A stretch of DNA of 64,000 bases from the NCBI GenBank assembly GCA_044229845.1, contig JBGASG010000003.1:192001-256000 (forward strand), written 5' to 3'. Position numbers and translations under genes: made by a program. Each line of letters opens with the position of its first letter. Position 1 is the first letter of the stretch. Below, one piece after another: positions 36,001 through 42,906 of this stretch. The notes beneath the pieces are model-generated. The model was given only the letters and a program-made list of their open reading frames with translations. It was not told the DNA's origin and did no database searches. Origin of the DNA: Candidatus Obscuribacteraceae bacterium. Lineage in GTDB: Bacteria > Cyanobacteriota > Vampirovibrionia > Obscuribacterales > Obscuribacteraceae.

Positions 36001-37412
36001 GCAGCTTTGCGCTCGGTGTAGTTGAGGTAGGAGTTGAATTCTTCATCGGTGGAGTTGGTGATGAAGTTTGTGTAGTTGGCGTCGTTCAGCTTTTCGGTGA
36101 AGCTGTAATCGCCGGCATTGATTTTGTCTTTGTAGTTGACATAAGCGTTCCAGTCGGCATCGCTGGCATTCAGTAGAAAGTCGTCCTGATTTGCCTGACT
36201 CTCCTTATCCAGGAAGGAGTAGTCGCCGGCGTCAATCTTGTTTTGATAGTTGACGTATTTGATGAAGTCGTCGGTGGACGAATTGACGAGCCAGTCAGTC
36301 TTAGCGTCTGGCGGCAATTTATTGACAAAGCTGTAATCGCCGTTGGCAATCTTGTCTTTGTAGTTCTGATAGCCCTGGAATTCAGCATCGCTGGAGTTCA
36401 TCATCCAGTCGGCTTTCGCTTCCGGCGTCATCTTATCGACATAGTCGAAGTTGCCGGCCGCTGTATTGTCCAAATATTTCCGGTAGGCGTTCCACTCGGC
36501 GTCACTGGAGGTCTCGATGAAATTCATCAGATCGTCATTCGACATGTTGTTGACGAAGCTATAGTCGCCGGCCTGTTTGCGCTCTTCAAAGTTCCAGTAC
36601 GCCTCAAAGTCAGGCGTGCTGCTGGTGGCCATCCACTGGGCGCGGTTTTCGGGGCTGAGTTTGTCGACGAAGTTGTAGTTGCCGTTGGCAATGTTGCTCT
36701 CGTAGTTGGCATATGCAGCCAGGTCTTGCGGGCTGGCCGTCGACTTCCACTGTTGATACTGCTCTTCCGTCATCGTGTTGACGTAGCCGTAGTCTCCAGC
36801 TTGCTTGCGCTGCGTGTAGGCTTCGTACTCTTTCATCACCTGAGCGTATTCAGGGTTGGTTCGATACTCTTTTGCAACTTCGGTATCGGTGGCGAACATC
36901 GCATCGAGGTCGCTGTAATCACCTTTCGCGTGGCGGGCATTGAGTTCCGTTTGGCGGGCGGCATAAGATGCCTGGTTGGCGGTCAGGGACGCGAGAAGCG
37001 TCGCGTCCCCACCGGCTGCAGCAATCTGGGCGGCGCTCAACTCCGGAGAAACGATGGCGCCCGGAAGCAGATCGGGCTTGCCGGCCAAGCTGGCGGGCAG
37101 CGGATTAACGGCGAGCGAGAGGTCGGCAGCATTCAGGGTGCCGATGTTTTTGTTAGCCAGGTCGGTCGGCAGAGCCGTGCCGGTCAAGTCGAAGTCGGTA
37201 ACAAACGGCAGCGCACCGAATTGCTGAGCATTCAGCGACAGCGTGAACGCTTCCTGGTTGGCCGGGTCAGCTCCGTCGGCGTCTGAGTGCAACGTCTCTG
37301 AGGTCTGGTCGTCCTCTGTCGTCGTCGCATTCGGGTCGTCGGTAGCGTCAGCTGCCGGGTCAGTTGTTTTCTTCTTGCTGGGATCTTCAGGAGCGTCTGT
37401 TACTGGGGCCAT
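27081..37412 (-). CDS. giant multi-repeat protein, paralog C (3443 aa; two LysM-like domains plus conserved C-terminal domain)
   Basis: YVVLQGDTLESIA, RRANVESLLG, CRLGDTLRSVAMRHP and DLPPHAAKELAENDISAHWEKY. Several internal repeat families. Confidence 0.88.
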   Translation of the reverse strand: MAPVTDAPEDPSKKKTTDPAADATDDPNATTTEDDQTSETLHSDADGADPANQEAFTLSLNAQQFGALPFVTDFDLTGTALPTDLANKNIGTLNAADLSLAVNPLPASLAGKPDLLPGAIVSPELSAAQIAAAGGDATLLASLTANQASYAARQTELNARHAKGDYSDLDAMFATDTEVAKEYRTNPEYAQVMKEYEAYTQRKQAGDYGYVNTMTEEQYQQWKSTASPQDLAAYANYESNIANGNYNFVDKLSPENRAQWMATSSTPDFEAYWNFEERKQAGDYSFVNNMSNDDLMNFIETSSDAEWNAYRKYLDNTAAGNFDYVDKMTPEAKADWMMNSSDAEFQGYQNYKDKIANGDYSFVNKLPPDAKTDWLVNSSTDDFIKYVNYQNKIDAGDYSFLDKESQANQDDFLLNASDADWNAYVNYKDKINAGDYSFTEKLNDANYTNFITNSTDEEFNSYLNYTERKAAGDYSYVDRLNPANRSDFIVNSSDEDFNKYMDYKNRQAAGDFSYVDRLSNEAQSDWFATASPEDLNGYFGYRDKVAANDYSFLNGLNSNNLADWQKNATPEQLQAAIDYAQTQAVPGDTTSGATVPVTDTAVVQPAPIQTFDSTGQPIPASYDTTSGRQIAPLDAEGKPVQTFDKDGKPIQSFEQAVQPNPIPTYDASGQVVPPRFDATSGKQIPPLDTAGQPIQTYDKEGKPIQSFEQAKPVAPVETVLPATTIPAADSHAPKVVKGPDGKLMLVTADSPGVPVPATAAENRQGMPTTGDLQANPPLTPAQIEAKRLAGTTDVAGGATTPLTEAAKKDIAANLEKFKDDPVARAQYLAQVSNMGPQYRAEVQGEIAKLDAAGKQSYGQALTELIRAGQPAATEQGGVRPPATDVKNLPAGSDPAVLAANDQRAKLEQARATILGHVSSGDGSTQSEVVDKFGKIRDGAPVVPPTGDHTQTKPGTGPTETGPVSPQDLAARTAARTEALNPLVQKGLVDQSDLTLARQLGTTVPPKEGTTVPVPGAPAAPVDLSARRDQREQQIAPLETHVVPKPADPALSAATIEAQLKTFGNDTNAQAKYLASLSTSADGIAAVKPYVDKLQGSALDTYKDTTRAMEAAQLLSNTPRVEALTPAALQEKLKTMTPEQQGAYIAQLATSGDKSQQSLVSSVIPTLSGGAKSEYEKALKADINTRLTGLPDDKARVDYLNSITAIAPDVNKGIVSSVATDKGGKVLDLYQASQANGGAPTPVKFDPVVSESRIQAIKDNPNLTAAEKAQGVTQVVTNAAANAAVTGDHGAQQFADKYIKLNPDIASGVQAGLSKAITDYKDTVGAATIVPEKPAKGDTGNNGVGAGTDSSAKPPTSAEIQTKLDTYKTPEEKAKYLSTLPPETVNTYFKETKGADDGAIRNAYTKLVENPGGIVTAPAGDTRTRDGAEKLRVEAPKVVDAVAGGTPGTPGKEVKVDQKGTGGTDQPVVVAKPDKGPPTADALIADAKARDAVVKESQTRIEGLQREIMAREQMLQLTKGSDAEKAKLQAALADVNGAAQGVKGDGKGGPDGRGAADGGAAGGKPLTIDQMREEIAKHVLSASSPAEQAKWEQAGRRLDFLEKTAGGVVTDSSGNRFAASVLAAGGMHLDEKGVLVNAGGKPVFSGLNRDGMIDSMGTVFTKVGGTGLPMAPGTGRGEVGVSLTGKDGVIIGKDGVVIGGKDAGVVGIGRDGAVLRMDPTTGRPMLDPVTGKPIFDFPGGKHDGMVLRGEMSGIAGPLPPGARLEIGGRDGFVRIDPATGKPIDGIRLDANGKPIEGLRIDPITGRAELVGGKGELGGIGRQAIDPTTGLPIKGSIGLDGIPIGKFDAKGMPITADGKAVALPPGSTIGPGGVIVPGPLGKGGIAADGTGAVLKDAQGNVINPTTGQSLINIPGFGQQPTGANLPGAGGKDPGNVPGAGGAGGAVQMQPINLPGVQITGAGGTVVSGQQNSKDPGQQGGQTQAPGTSVSVNNGTGTGQVAGPGSGVVTATSGTVVVGMTVTTGKDSISAGGGLSVSGVGLNSAGGINIAGGATVTGGVSLTGATALGDKTGLPGTGATIPGGKELAPGTNTATATAQAVTDPNAAQTNFAPPAAQNPSGDRKIVLDGSGKSATTADGTVVTVDANRQITSSNATVYIDNRKGFAITDGGGVIFVDKNGNLKVLLDELPADSQQATGNSKAISWQDSTGQQYTTANSHVVSIDNGTVTKYGDEPHVIVLSPDGRPVSSGDTTTIILNGTRPTGVGDDVVVVIDRNPNVGSGNIVYVSPDGKPLESSSGTLVWVDQTGQTQGSNVHVFFTDPNGHPIAQDSSSTPTGTTVVIGGQLVTHNPQDVDNIPPDVLSQMLKDIGITTSSGTAIPTNNTSTDTSTQIGTGTQTGTQTQTGTEIKTGDTTQTGPTTGTTTPPDTEIKTGDTTQTGTTTGTTTPPGTEIKTGDTTQTGTTTGTNTTTTNPDGNPIVPISGEIVVKIEPTPTPTPTPTPKSDVEVTPKPEPTSTPVTKPDVEVTPKPEVKPEPKPEPLPVPKGNDVTPTVSHEPDIVVHVQVGDSSSHSTSQPVSHSDGGYSSQEPIVHETSSGTVVYSNQEPVSHQTQPGYSVVDAVVDIAIGSQSGQPVQAHSEPVANQDVVTAQPKAHTDVEYSAGLGDISKAASTAPVPAYFDPMPAASSASFPLDDISHSSENFPHQVAEVTHKIDSETVEHSFIEAPAPRPIEDFAVSRPNDVAVKETTDNSASISQQTPANDLTPPFAPMLEPTVPPVTLPQAEQAGYSVADRLVANTNPPVSDPQPVMSDIDTPVAVQPIQSAAEPVNPFVDGMNQAIAPALDVAPIASHHDHDRDDDGAQPAISLPTLPVDVTTIGSAPLVELADPTVPGGLNTEAIIHDMEDRAEVGRLMGTSYDWKVEEINKYDEIEKERRERYELELAENRRRDQELREDREQRELEERAKRFSDAMLAAMATKKTRNPVEGLEENFVPEVRQKYVVLQGDTLESIAIKKLRDKRLAPLLYEINKHLIPSRMQGDIRYLQLSPRSVIQLPTQAEIRRFHARLFGRQSIKFQYEEAPEGMCNSSRATNPGLIRLGLLPAAAAAGQPKSEAEVEKDATRRANVESLLGSVAKTQAPPADGRIRYICRLGDTLRSVAMRHPALKDVTLWKLLAEVNELTTDVDGKGTPVAQIKRGTTISLPTLEEIESFKLKLKPPKTAGKAEQITAPQAPYSVPAESDPSMATTLQDVQIKIGDESQDVTQDPVVGGSGTVIVSDNTSDSATRVAASNVLPFVRPGDIVRYTPPGIATRDPDDATNSLLQAAGMVPREGQQLQKAVGDDRGQRNIIQHLSETCRIVNYGNTGEGDGAGFRTRLEVRQEDFWRPVVQYEVNADVTLRHEFSVTGKKTTSRIDLPPHAAKELAENDISAHWEKYSCNFQQGRKIAE
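30025..30206 (-). repeat. 66-bp (22-aa) Thr-rich tandem repeat TEIKTGDTTQTGxTTGTTTPP, 3 copies
   Basis: GTTTTGATTTCCGT occurs at 30061, 30127 and 30193. Confidence 0.9.
35661..36800 (-). repeat. ten 38-aa (114-bp) tandem repeats, consensus AGDYSFVxKLxxxxxxDWxxNSSxxDFxxYxNYxxKxx
   Basis: Ten consecutive gap-free 38-aa units in the N-terminal part of paralog C. Confidence 0.92.
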
Positions 37413-37612
37413 GGTTTGAACTCCACGCGAATTGGCTTCAGGCCTTAGAACTCTAGTAATTACCTACCCTTCTCTTTACATTCTTAATAAACGGAATGAT
37501 TAAATCTGCAGCCGCTCTTATGAGCGGCGACAGGTTTGAGGGGAGTGTGGGGATGCCTGGGGTGTAGTTCGGTCGTTCGGTCGTTGCGGGAAGTACCGGG
37601 GGTGTCGGTTTC

Positions 37613-37636
37613 AAAAGGACCGGGGGGTCCCCGGTC
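37613..37636 (-). terminator. putative intrinsic terminator after paralog D
   Basis: Minus strand GACCGGGG-ACC-CCCCGGTC followed by CTTTT, overlapping the TGA stop. Confidence 0.55.
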
Positions 37637-40600
37637 AGGGTCGGGGCGCGCCCGCTGTCGAGGCAAACTTGTCACAGTAGACTCGCCAGTTGGACGTGAT
37701 GTCGTTTTCGGCCAGTTCCTTAGCGGCTTGCGGGGGCAAGTCGATGCGCACGGTGCGGCGGGAGCCGTCCGCGTTATACTCGTGGCGCAGAGCCACGTCT
37801 TCAAAAATTTCGTAACCGAGGACGGGCAGCCAGTAAGTGCCGGTGAGGCGCATTTCCAGTCGCAGCTTCAGTCCGTGCAGTTCTACCTCGCCGTGGCGAG
37901 ACACGCGCACTTGTTCGGATATCTGAACGGTGTCGGTTGGACCTTCGTCGACGCTGGCCGCAATTTGGGTTGTTGGTCCGTCACCACTGGTGGTGTCAGA
38001 ACGAACAACGCGAGTGCGATCATCCCGCATCATCGGCTGAGTTTCCGGGCCCGAGGTCGCCGCCGACGGAGATACCGGCTCGGTAGCCGCGCCACCACCT
38101 GCGAGGGCACCGGCAGCAGCCGCCGGTCGCGTTTGTGCTACCGTATTTGGTGCGAGTTTCACTTCCTCATCAAACGATCTGAAGCAGCCGGGACAGATGC
38201 TGGCACTAGCTATGGTGGCACGCCCGCAGCCACCGCAGTTTTTGGTCTTCAGATCGTGCGGCCCGCTGGCATAAACATTGGTCTTGCGATCGCCGCCGAC
38301 AGTCCTGGCCTTATAGGCAGCCACTTCCTCCGCGGTCGGAATGGCGATAGTCATGCCCCGGCGCAGAGCCGCCTGCGGAACACCCTTCTCATCCGTACGG
38401 GCGGTCATGTCGTTCACTTCGGCCAATAACTTCCAAAGTCCTACATCTTGCAGAAGCGGATGTTTCATAGACACCGACTTAAGCGTGTCACCCAGGCGCA
38501 CGACATAAGTGCTGCGACTGCCGGCTTCCTGCTTGGCGCCGCTCAGCGGTCCGAGCAACTTCTCGATGTTCTCGCGGCGCTTCTTAGCCGCAGCTACCGC
38601 ATCGGCAGCCAGATCTTCGAGATCTTCCCCGGTGGCTGCGGGCGCATTTTTGCCGCCCTGCTCGCCGTCCCAGTTCTCGCCGAACTTGGCAGTCAGTTCC
38701 TCTTCAGCGGTGAGTTTCTTGCTGGCTTCTCCGAAATCGAGTTTGACACCGCCGCCCGCTACCAGACGTCCACGGAATTCGCGAATTTCTTGAGTGGTAG
38801 GCAGCCAGATAACCATCTTCGGACGCAGCGCCACCACATCACGACCTTTGCGCTGGATGACGGGAATCACTTCTTTATTGATCTCATAGATCAAAGCAGC
38901 CAGACGTTTGTCACGCAGCATCTTGCTGGCGATGCTCTCCAGTGTGTCGCCTTCCTTGACGATGTACTTGGTGCGACGTTCGGGCTCCTTCTTGTCTTTT
39001 TCTTGAGCCTTCTCCTGCTCTTCCTTTTCCTTCAATTCCTGACGTTTCTTGGCGGCGATCAAAGCTGCCAGTGCGGCATCCTTTGCTTGTTGTTCTTCCT
39101 TGTCCAGACGAGCTTCCTCCTCCTCTTCCTCTTTCTTCTTCTTCTGCTTAGCCTGCTCTTCTTCGAGCGCCTTCATGGCGGCAGCCGATTGTTCTTTGGC
39201 CGTTGCCATATCTAAAGGATTGAGAGGATTGAGCCCGACATCTTTGATGCCGGCCAAGGAGGGGTCGACGCGCATGCCCAGCTGTCCCAGCGCGGCAGCC
39301 ATATCCGCCTGCGCCTTGGCAGCACCATCGACCTTGATGGCTGTCGGGTCGAGTTTGAGAGCAGCATTGAACTCTTTGCCGCCCAGGATGCCCGCAGTGC
39401 CCGCGTCTTTGAGACCCATGTCGCGAGTAATTTGCGACAGAAGGGTTGAGGCGGCTGCGTCTTTGATCGCCCCTTGATCCAGTTGGCGCACACCCTGAAT
39501 CAATACATCTATTGGTTTGCCTGTCAGTTGTGCCGCCATGCCCAGCTCGGAGGTGCGCAATGTTGTTTGCTGCAAAGCGCTGGGATTGAGTATCTGGTTG
39601 AGCACATCGCGCAGAGCAGGCGTCATATTTTTGCCCATCAGCTCTTGCTGCAATTGCAGCATGCGCACATTCATCGTTTCTCCAGCATTGAGCTTGACGG
39701 CAAACATGTCGCCTCGGACGTCTTTGAGACTCAATTGTCCCGGCAGAAGTCCCAGTTCGGCAGCCAGTCGTCCGTCTTGCATACGGCGGCCCATGATGTC
39801 GGCCACTGTCAGCCCTTCGCCCGGTTTCAATCCCAGTTGAGTATTCAGATCCTTGAGGATCTTGTTGAGTTCGAGGAAGAAGGCTTTGCCGCCCTCGCCG
39901 GTAAGTCCCTTATCCAGAGCCTGCTGATTGACCTTCAGGAAGTCGGTCAGGCGTTCGAACGGCGATCTCGGCACGCCACCATCGGCGGTGGTGCGTCCTT
40001 GCATCAGATCCATAAAGTTAGCCAGCTTCTGTTGCTGCAGCGCGTCCAGTTTACCCAGCCCTTGCGGATTGTCCAGTAACTGCTTGAGGGAGATGCCGGA
40101 CTTGTCCAGTCCGAGATCTTTCAGGATGTCAGCCATGCGCTGTCCATTAGGACCGAGTGCATCGAGCTTGCCGGCTTGAATTTTGCTCATCGCATCGAGC
40201 ATTTGCGCGCGCAGTTGAGGATTTTGCAGATCCATCTGCAACTGCTGCATGCGCAGCGCTTGCATCTGATCGCCGCCGCCCATACGGTCTTGCATCATCA
40301 TCTTCGCAATGTCTTGCTGCGACAAATTGCGGAAGTCTTGCTGAGTCATCTTGGCAAAATCAGGATTGAACTTGGCGAGATCTTGCTGAGTAAGCCTGCC
40401 GAGGTCGATTTGACGCCCGGTGGCATCGACCAATTTGCCGGTGTCGATCGGTTTGCCGGCGCCGTCCAGAATTACCGGCTTGCCGCTCACATCGACCGGC
40501 TTCACACCTACATCCACCGGCTTGATGCCGCCCGGCAATCCGCCATCGGGGCGGAATGTAGTCGGGTTGACTGTTCTCAAATCTTGAACCAGGTTGCGAA

Positions 40601-41672
40601 CATCATCGCGATTGTTGAAGTTGTAGCCGCCCTGAATCTGTCCACTGGCCTTCAGCTGGTCGAGCACGGCGGTGACACCCTGGGTGTGCCCATCAGCAAA
40701 GGTGAGGTTGCCGGTCTTCGGATCGTACTTGGTGGCACCGGTAGCATCCAAAATGGTCCTGGTGAACTGGTTGCCGCTTGGGTAGACCTGAGTATCGCCA
40801 GGCTTCGGTACGACGACTGGTGTGACTGCAGGTGTGTCTGCTTTCACAACCGGTGTGTCTGCCTTCACTACCGGCGTATCAGCTTTGACGACCGGTGTGG
40901 TGCCTGCCGGCGCGGCGGGAGCCTCGTACTGCACTCCGGAACCTTGCTTCCAGGTGAGACTGGCAGCCGGTTGGTCGGCGCCGGCCTGGAACGAAAGTTT
41001 TTTGTCACTCCTGTCGAACGAGAAAGAGGCGCCGTCCTTGGTGGTATAGACGGTCGTGTCTCCGCGGCGTGTGGACTGGACGCCGGTCAAATCGTGCTGT
41101 GCGGCAAATGCTTGAAACTGCGGTTGTTGAACCAGACCTTTCATCACACGGCTGTCGAGACCCTGTGCGAATGCGGCGACACTGCTGTCCGGCGTTGTGA
41201 CCGCGGCACCATCGCTGGTTGCGGCGCCGGCGGGGGCCTTCTCTGCGCGCACGACTGGAGCGCCGGCGATCGGCTCACCGGTCGATGGCTTGATTGGCGT
41301 GTAAGTCCCGTCGGTATTGACCGTCCAGGCTTCTTTACCGCCACGAGCATAGAAATTGGTCACCCCTTCGGCATTGGTGGTCTCGATGCCGCGCACCTTC
41401 TCGCCATTGATCTGCAATTCGGCTCGGCGTGCCAATCCGACGCCCTCACTGGAAGCGACGTCGGTGCGGAAGCCGGCAATGCGATCTTTCAGCTCGGTGT
41501 TGGAGCCGGGCACCTGATTGGTGGGCAGGTCGGCGCGCAATAGCCCCGCTGCCGTCTCGCCTGCCTGCAGGTCGTTGCCGGTGACGGGCTTGTCACGCCC
41601 GAGCTTCTCCACCTTGTTGGGATCGAGAGAGTCGATGTTGGGAGAACCTGGCTTTTGTTCGAGAGGCGGCAT
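37635..41672 (-). CDS. giant protein, paralog D (coiled coil, two LysM-like domains, zinc ribbon, conserved C-terminal domain)
   Basis: YIVKEGDTLESIA, RRENIEKLLG, VRLGDTLKSVSMKHP, CGGC-x10-CPGC and DLPPQAAKELAENDITSNWRVYC. ATG at 41672 has a GAGGA RBS. Confidence 0.87.
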   Translation of the reverse strand: MPPLEQKPGSPNIDSLDPNKVEKLGRDKPVTGNDLQAGETAAGLLRADLPTNQVPGSNTELKDRIAGFRTDVASSEGVGLARRAELQINGEKVRGIETTNAEGVTNFYARGGKEAWTVNTDGTYTPIKPSTGEPIAGAPVVRAEKAPAGAATSDGAAVTTPDSSVAAFAQGLDSRVMKGLVQQPQFQAFAAQHDLTGVQSTRRGDTTVYTTKDGASFSFDRSDKKLSFQAGADQPAASLTWKQGSGVQYEAPAAPAGTTPVVKADTPVVKADTPVVKADTPAVTPVVVPKPGDTQVYPSGNQFTRTILDATGATKYDPKTGNLTFADGHTQGVTAVLDQLKASGQIQGGYNFNNRDDVRNLVQDLRTVNPTTFRPDGGLPGGIKPVDVGVKPVDVSGKPVILDGAGKPIDTGKLVDATGRQIDLGRLTQQDLAKFNPDFAKMTQQDFRNLSQQDIAKMMMQDRMGGGDQMQALRMQQLQMDLQNPQLRAQMLDAMSKIQAGKLDALGPNGQRMADILKDLGLDKSGISLKQLLDNPQGLGKLDALQQQKLANFMDLMQGRTTADGGVPRSPFERLTDFLKVNQQALDKGLTGEGGKAFFLELNKILKDLNTQLGLKPGEGLTVADIMGRRMQDGRLAAELGLLPGQLSLKDVRGDMFAVKLNAGETMNVRMLQLQQELMGKNMTPALRDVLNQILNPSALQQTTLRTSELGMAAQLTGKPIDVLIQGVRQLDQGAIKDAAASTLLSQITRDMGLKDAGTAGILGGKEFNAALKLDPTAIKVDGAAKAQADMAAALGQLGMRVDPSLAGIKDVGLNPLNPLDMATAKEQSAAAMKALEEEQAKQKKKKEEEEEEARLDKEEQQAKDAALAALIAAKKRQELKEKEEQEKAQEKDKKEPERRTKYIVKEGDTLESIASKMLRDKRLAALIYEINKEVIPVIQRKGRDVVALRPKMVIWLPTTQEIREFRGRLVAGGGVKLDFGEASKKLTAEEELTAKFGENWDGEQGGKNAPAATGEDLEDLAADAVAAAKKRRENIEKLLGPLSGAKQEAGSRSTYVVRLGDTLKSVSMKHPLLQDVGLWKLLAEVNDMTARTDEKGVPQAALRRGMTIAIPTAEEVAAYKARTVGGDRKTNVYASGPHDLKTKNCGGCGRATIASASICPGCFRSFDEEVKLAPNTVAQTRPAAAAGALAGGGAATEPVSPSAATSGPETQPMMRDDRTRVVRSDTTSGDGPTTQIAASVDEGPTDTVQISEQVRVSRHGEVELHGLKLRLEMRLTGTYWLPVLGYEIFEDVALRHEYNADGSRRTVRIDLPPQAAKELAENDITSNWRVYCDKFASTAGAPRP

Positions 41673-41810
41673 GGGCGATCCTCGTGATTTCTGCGACGTG
41701 GACTCCGGGGCCGGAATTGCCCAAGAATCAGCCGCGAAGGCAAGCTGGGTGGCAAAATGAGTAGTAAGGGGGACAATTGCGGCTGCGAATGCGGCTAGCA
41801 AACCGCCAAA

Positions 41811-41839
41811 ATGATAACTTATTAAGAAACGCTTGTCAA
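41811..41839 (-). promoter_or_regulatory. sigma70-type promoter upstream of paralog D
   Basis: Minus strand TTGACA-17 bp-TATCAT. Confidence 0.7.
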
Positions 41840-42000
41840 TCGCTCAAAAGCCCAGAGGACGCGGCTTACAGTTAAATTTCAGCCGTCCGGAGACGAGCGT
41901 GGACCAGGCGGCCGAGAACCCCGGGACGAAACGTCCTGCCGGCCGCGGCACGCCACCATATTCAACACCATGTATAGTATCAGCGGTTGGTGAGAAACAG

Positions 42001-42906
42001 CTACTCCGGCGACGCATCCGGCACTGGAGCCGGAGCAGCGGCAGCATCGGGATTGTCCGAAAGCTCCGGAAAAACTCCCAGTTCGCCGTCGTGGGTTCGC
42101 ACTCTCAACTTGTAGACAATGTCGGTGGTGACGCAGCGTCCCTGCAGATAAAGCCGGCAAATGTTGCCGGATCCGTCGAAGAAACCCACATAGTGGCGCT
42201 GGGTCCCCTCGGGAGCCTTGTCTCCCAGGTAATACAGCGCGCTGCCACGAAACTTCACCCCAAGAATTTTGCGTCGCTCCCCAAGTTCGTTAAGCAAGAT
42301 ACCGCGGTCATCTTCGCGAATTTCGATGGACTCCATCGGCAGATCGTCGGAGAGAGGTTTTTCCGGGGGACGAATCAAAAGGTCGTCGTCATCAGTAAGT
42401 TCGACGATAGGAGCCGTTCGCCCCGCCGCTGAAAACAGCCGTCCTTGATCGACAAACACGATGTCTCCCAACTCCTGAACGCCCAGTTCATCAGCCAGAC
42501 TGAGCGGTCCGACTACCTCGTCTTCGTCGTCTCCCCAGGAATCGGACTCTTGCACCCCCGGCGCGGAGTCGTCGGCTTGCGGCTTCTCATCGACAATCTC
42601 GGCATCATAAAGGTCTGAGGAGCGCTGCTGCTGCTCGCCACCTTGCTCACCGTCCTCATCCTCGTCCTCGTCCTCGTCCAGATAGTCTTCTGGTCGAACA
42701 GACACCTCATCGTCGTCGTCATCGAAGTCGGCGTCTTCCGGCGCAGCAACTGCTACTGCCGGCTGTTCGTCCTCTTCATCCGGAGTATTCGGATCGCTGG
42801 TGCTGGGATCGGTGGAGTTGGCAGTAGAAGACTGTGCTTCGTCGTCCGCGTTTTGAGTAGCGGGAGCCGGCTGCTGTCCTCGATAGCGTTCACGCCTAGC
42901 CGCCAC
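42001..42906 (-). CDS. highly acidic hypothetical protein with C-terminal globular domain
   Basis: Asp/Glu-rich N-terminal half. The GTG start overlaps the end of the upstream ATPase gene by 11 bp. Confidence 0.75.
   Translation of the reverse strand: MAARRERYRGQQPAPATQNADDEAQSSTANSTDPSTSDPNTPDEEDEQPAVAVAAPEDADFDDDDDEVSVRPEDYLDEDEDEDEDGEQGGEQQQRSSDLYDAEIVDEKPQADDSAPGVQESDSWGDDEDEVVGPLSLADELGVQELGDIVFVDQGRLFSAAGRTAPIVELTDDDDLLIRPPEKPLSDDLPMESIEIREDDRGILLNELGERRKILGVKFRGSALYYLGDKAPEGTQRHYVGFFDGSGNICRLYLQGRCVTTDIVYKLRVRTHDGELGVFPELSDNPDAAAAPAPVPDASPE

Noticed and set aside
35661..36800. Possible CRISPR array or DNA-level repeat element
   Set aside because: The units are in-frame, diverged protein repeats with no identical repeat plus unique spacer structure, and no cas genes are present in the window.
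41673..41801. Signal-peptide-like N-terminal extension (MLAAFAAAIV...AFAAD) of paralog D
   Set aside because: The TTG lies only about 10 bp from the -10 box with no RBS and no basic n-region, while ATG 41672 has a GAGGA RBS. This matters because a real signal peptide would weaken the export hypothesis, so N-terminal proteomics should test it.
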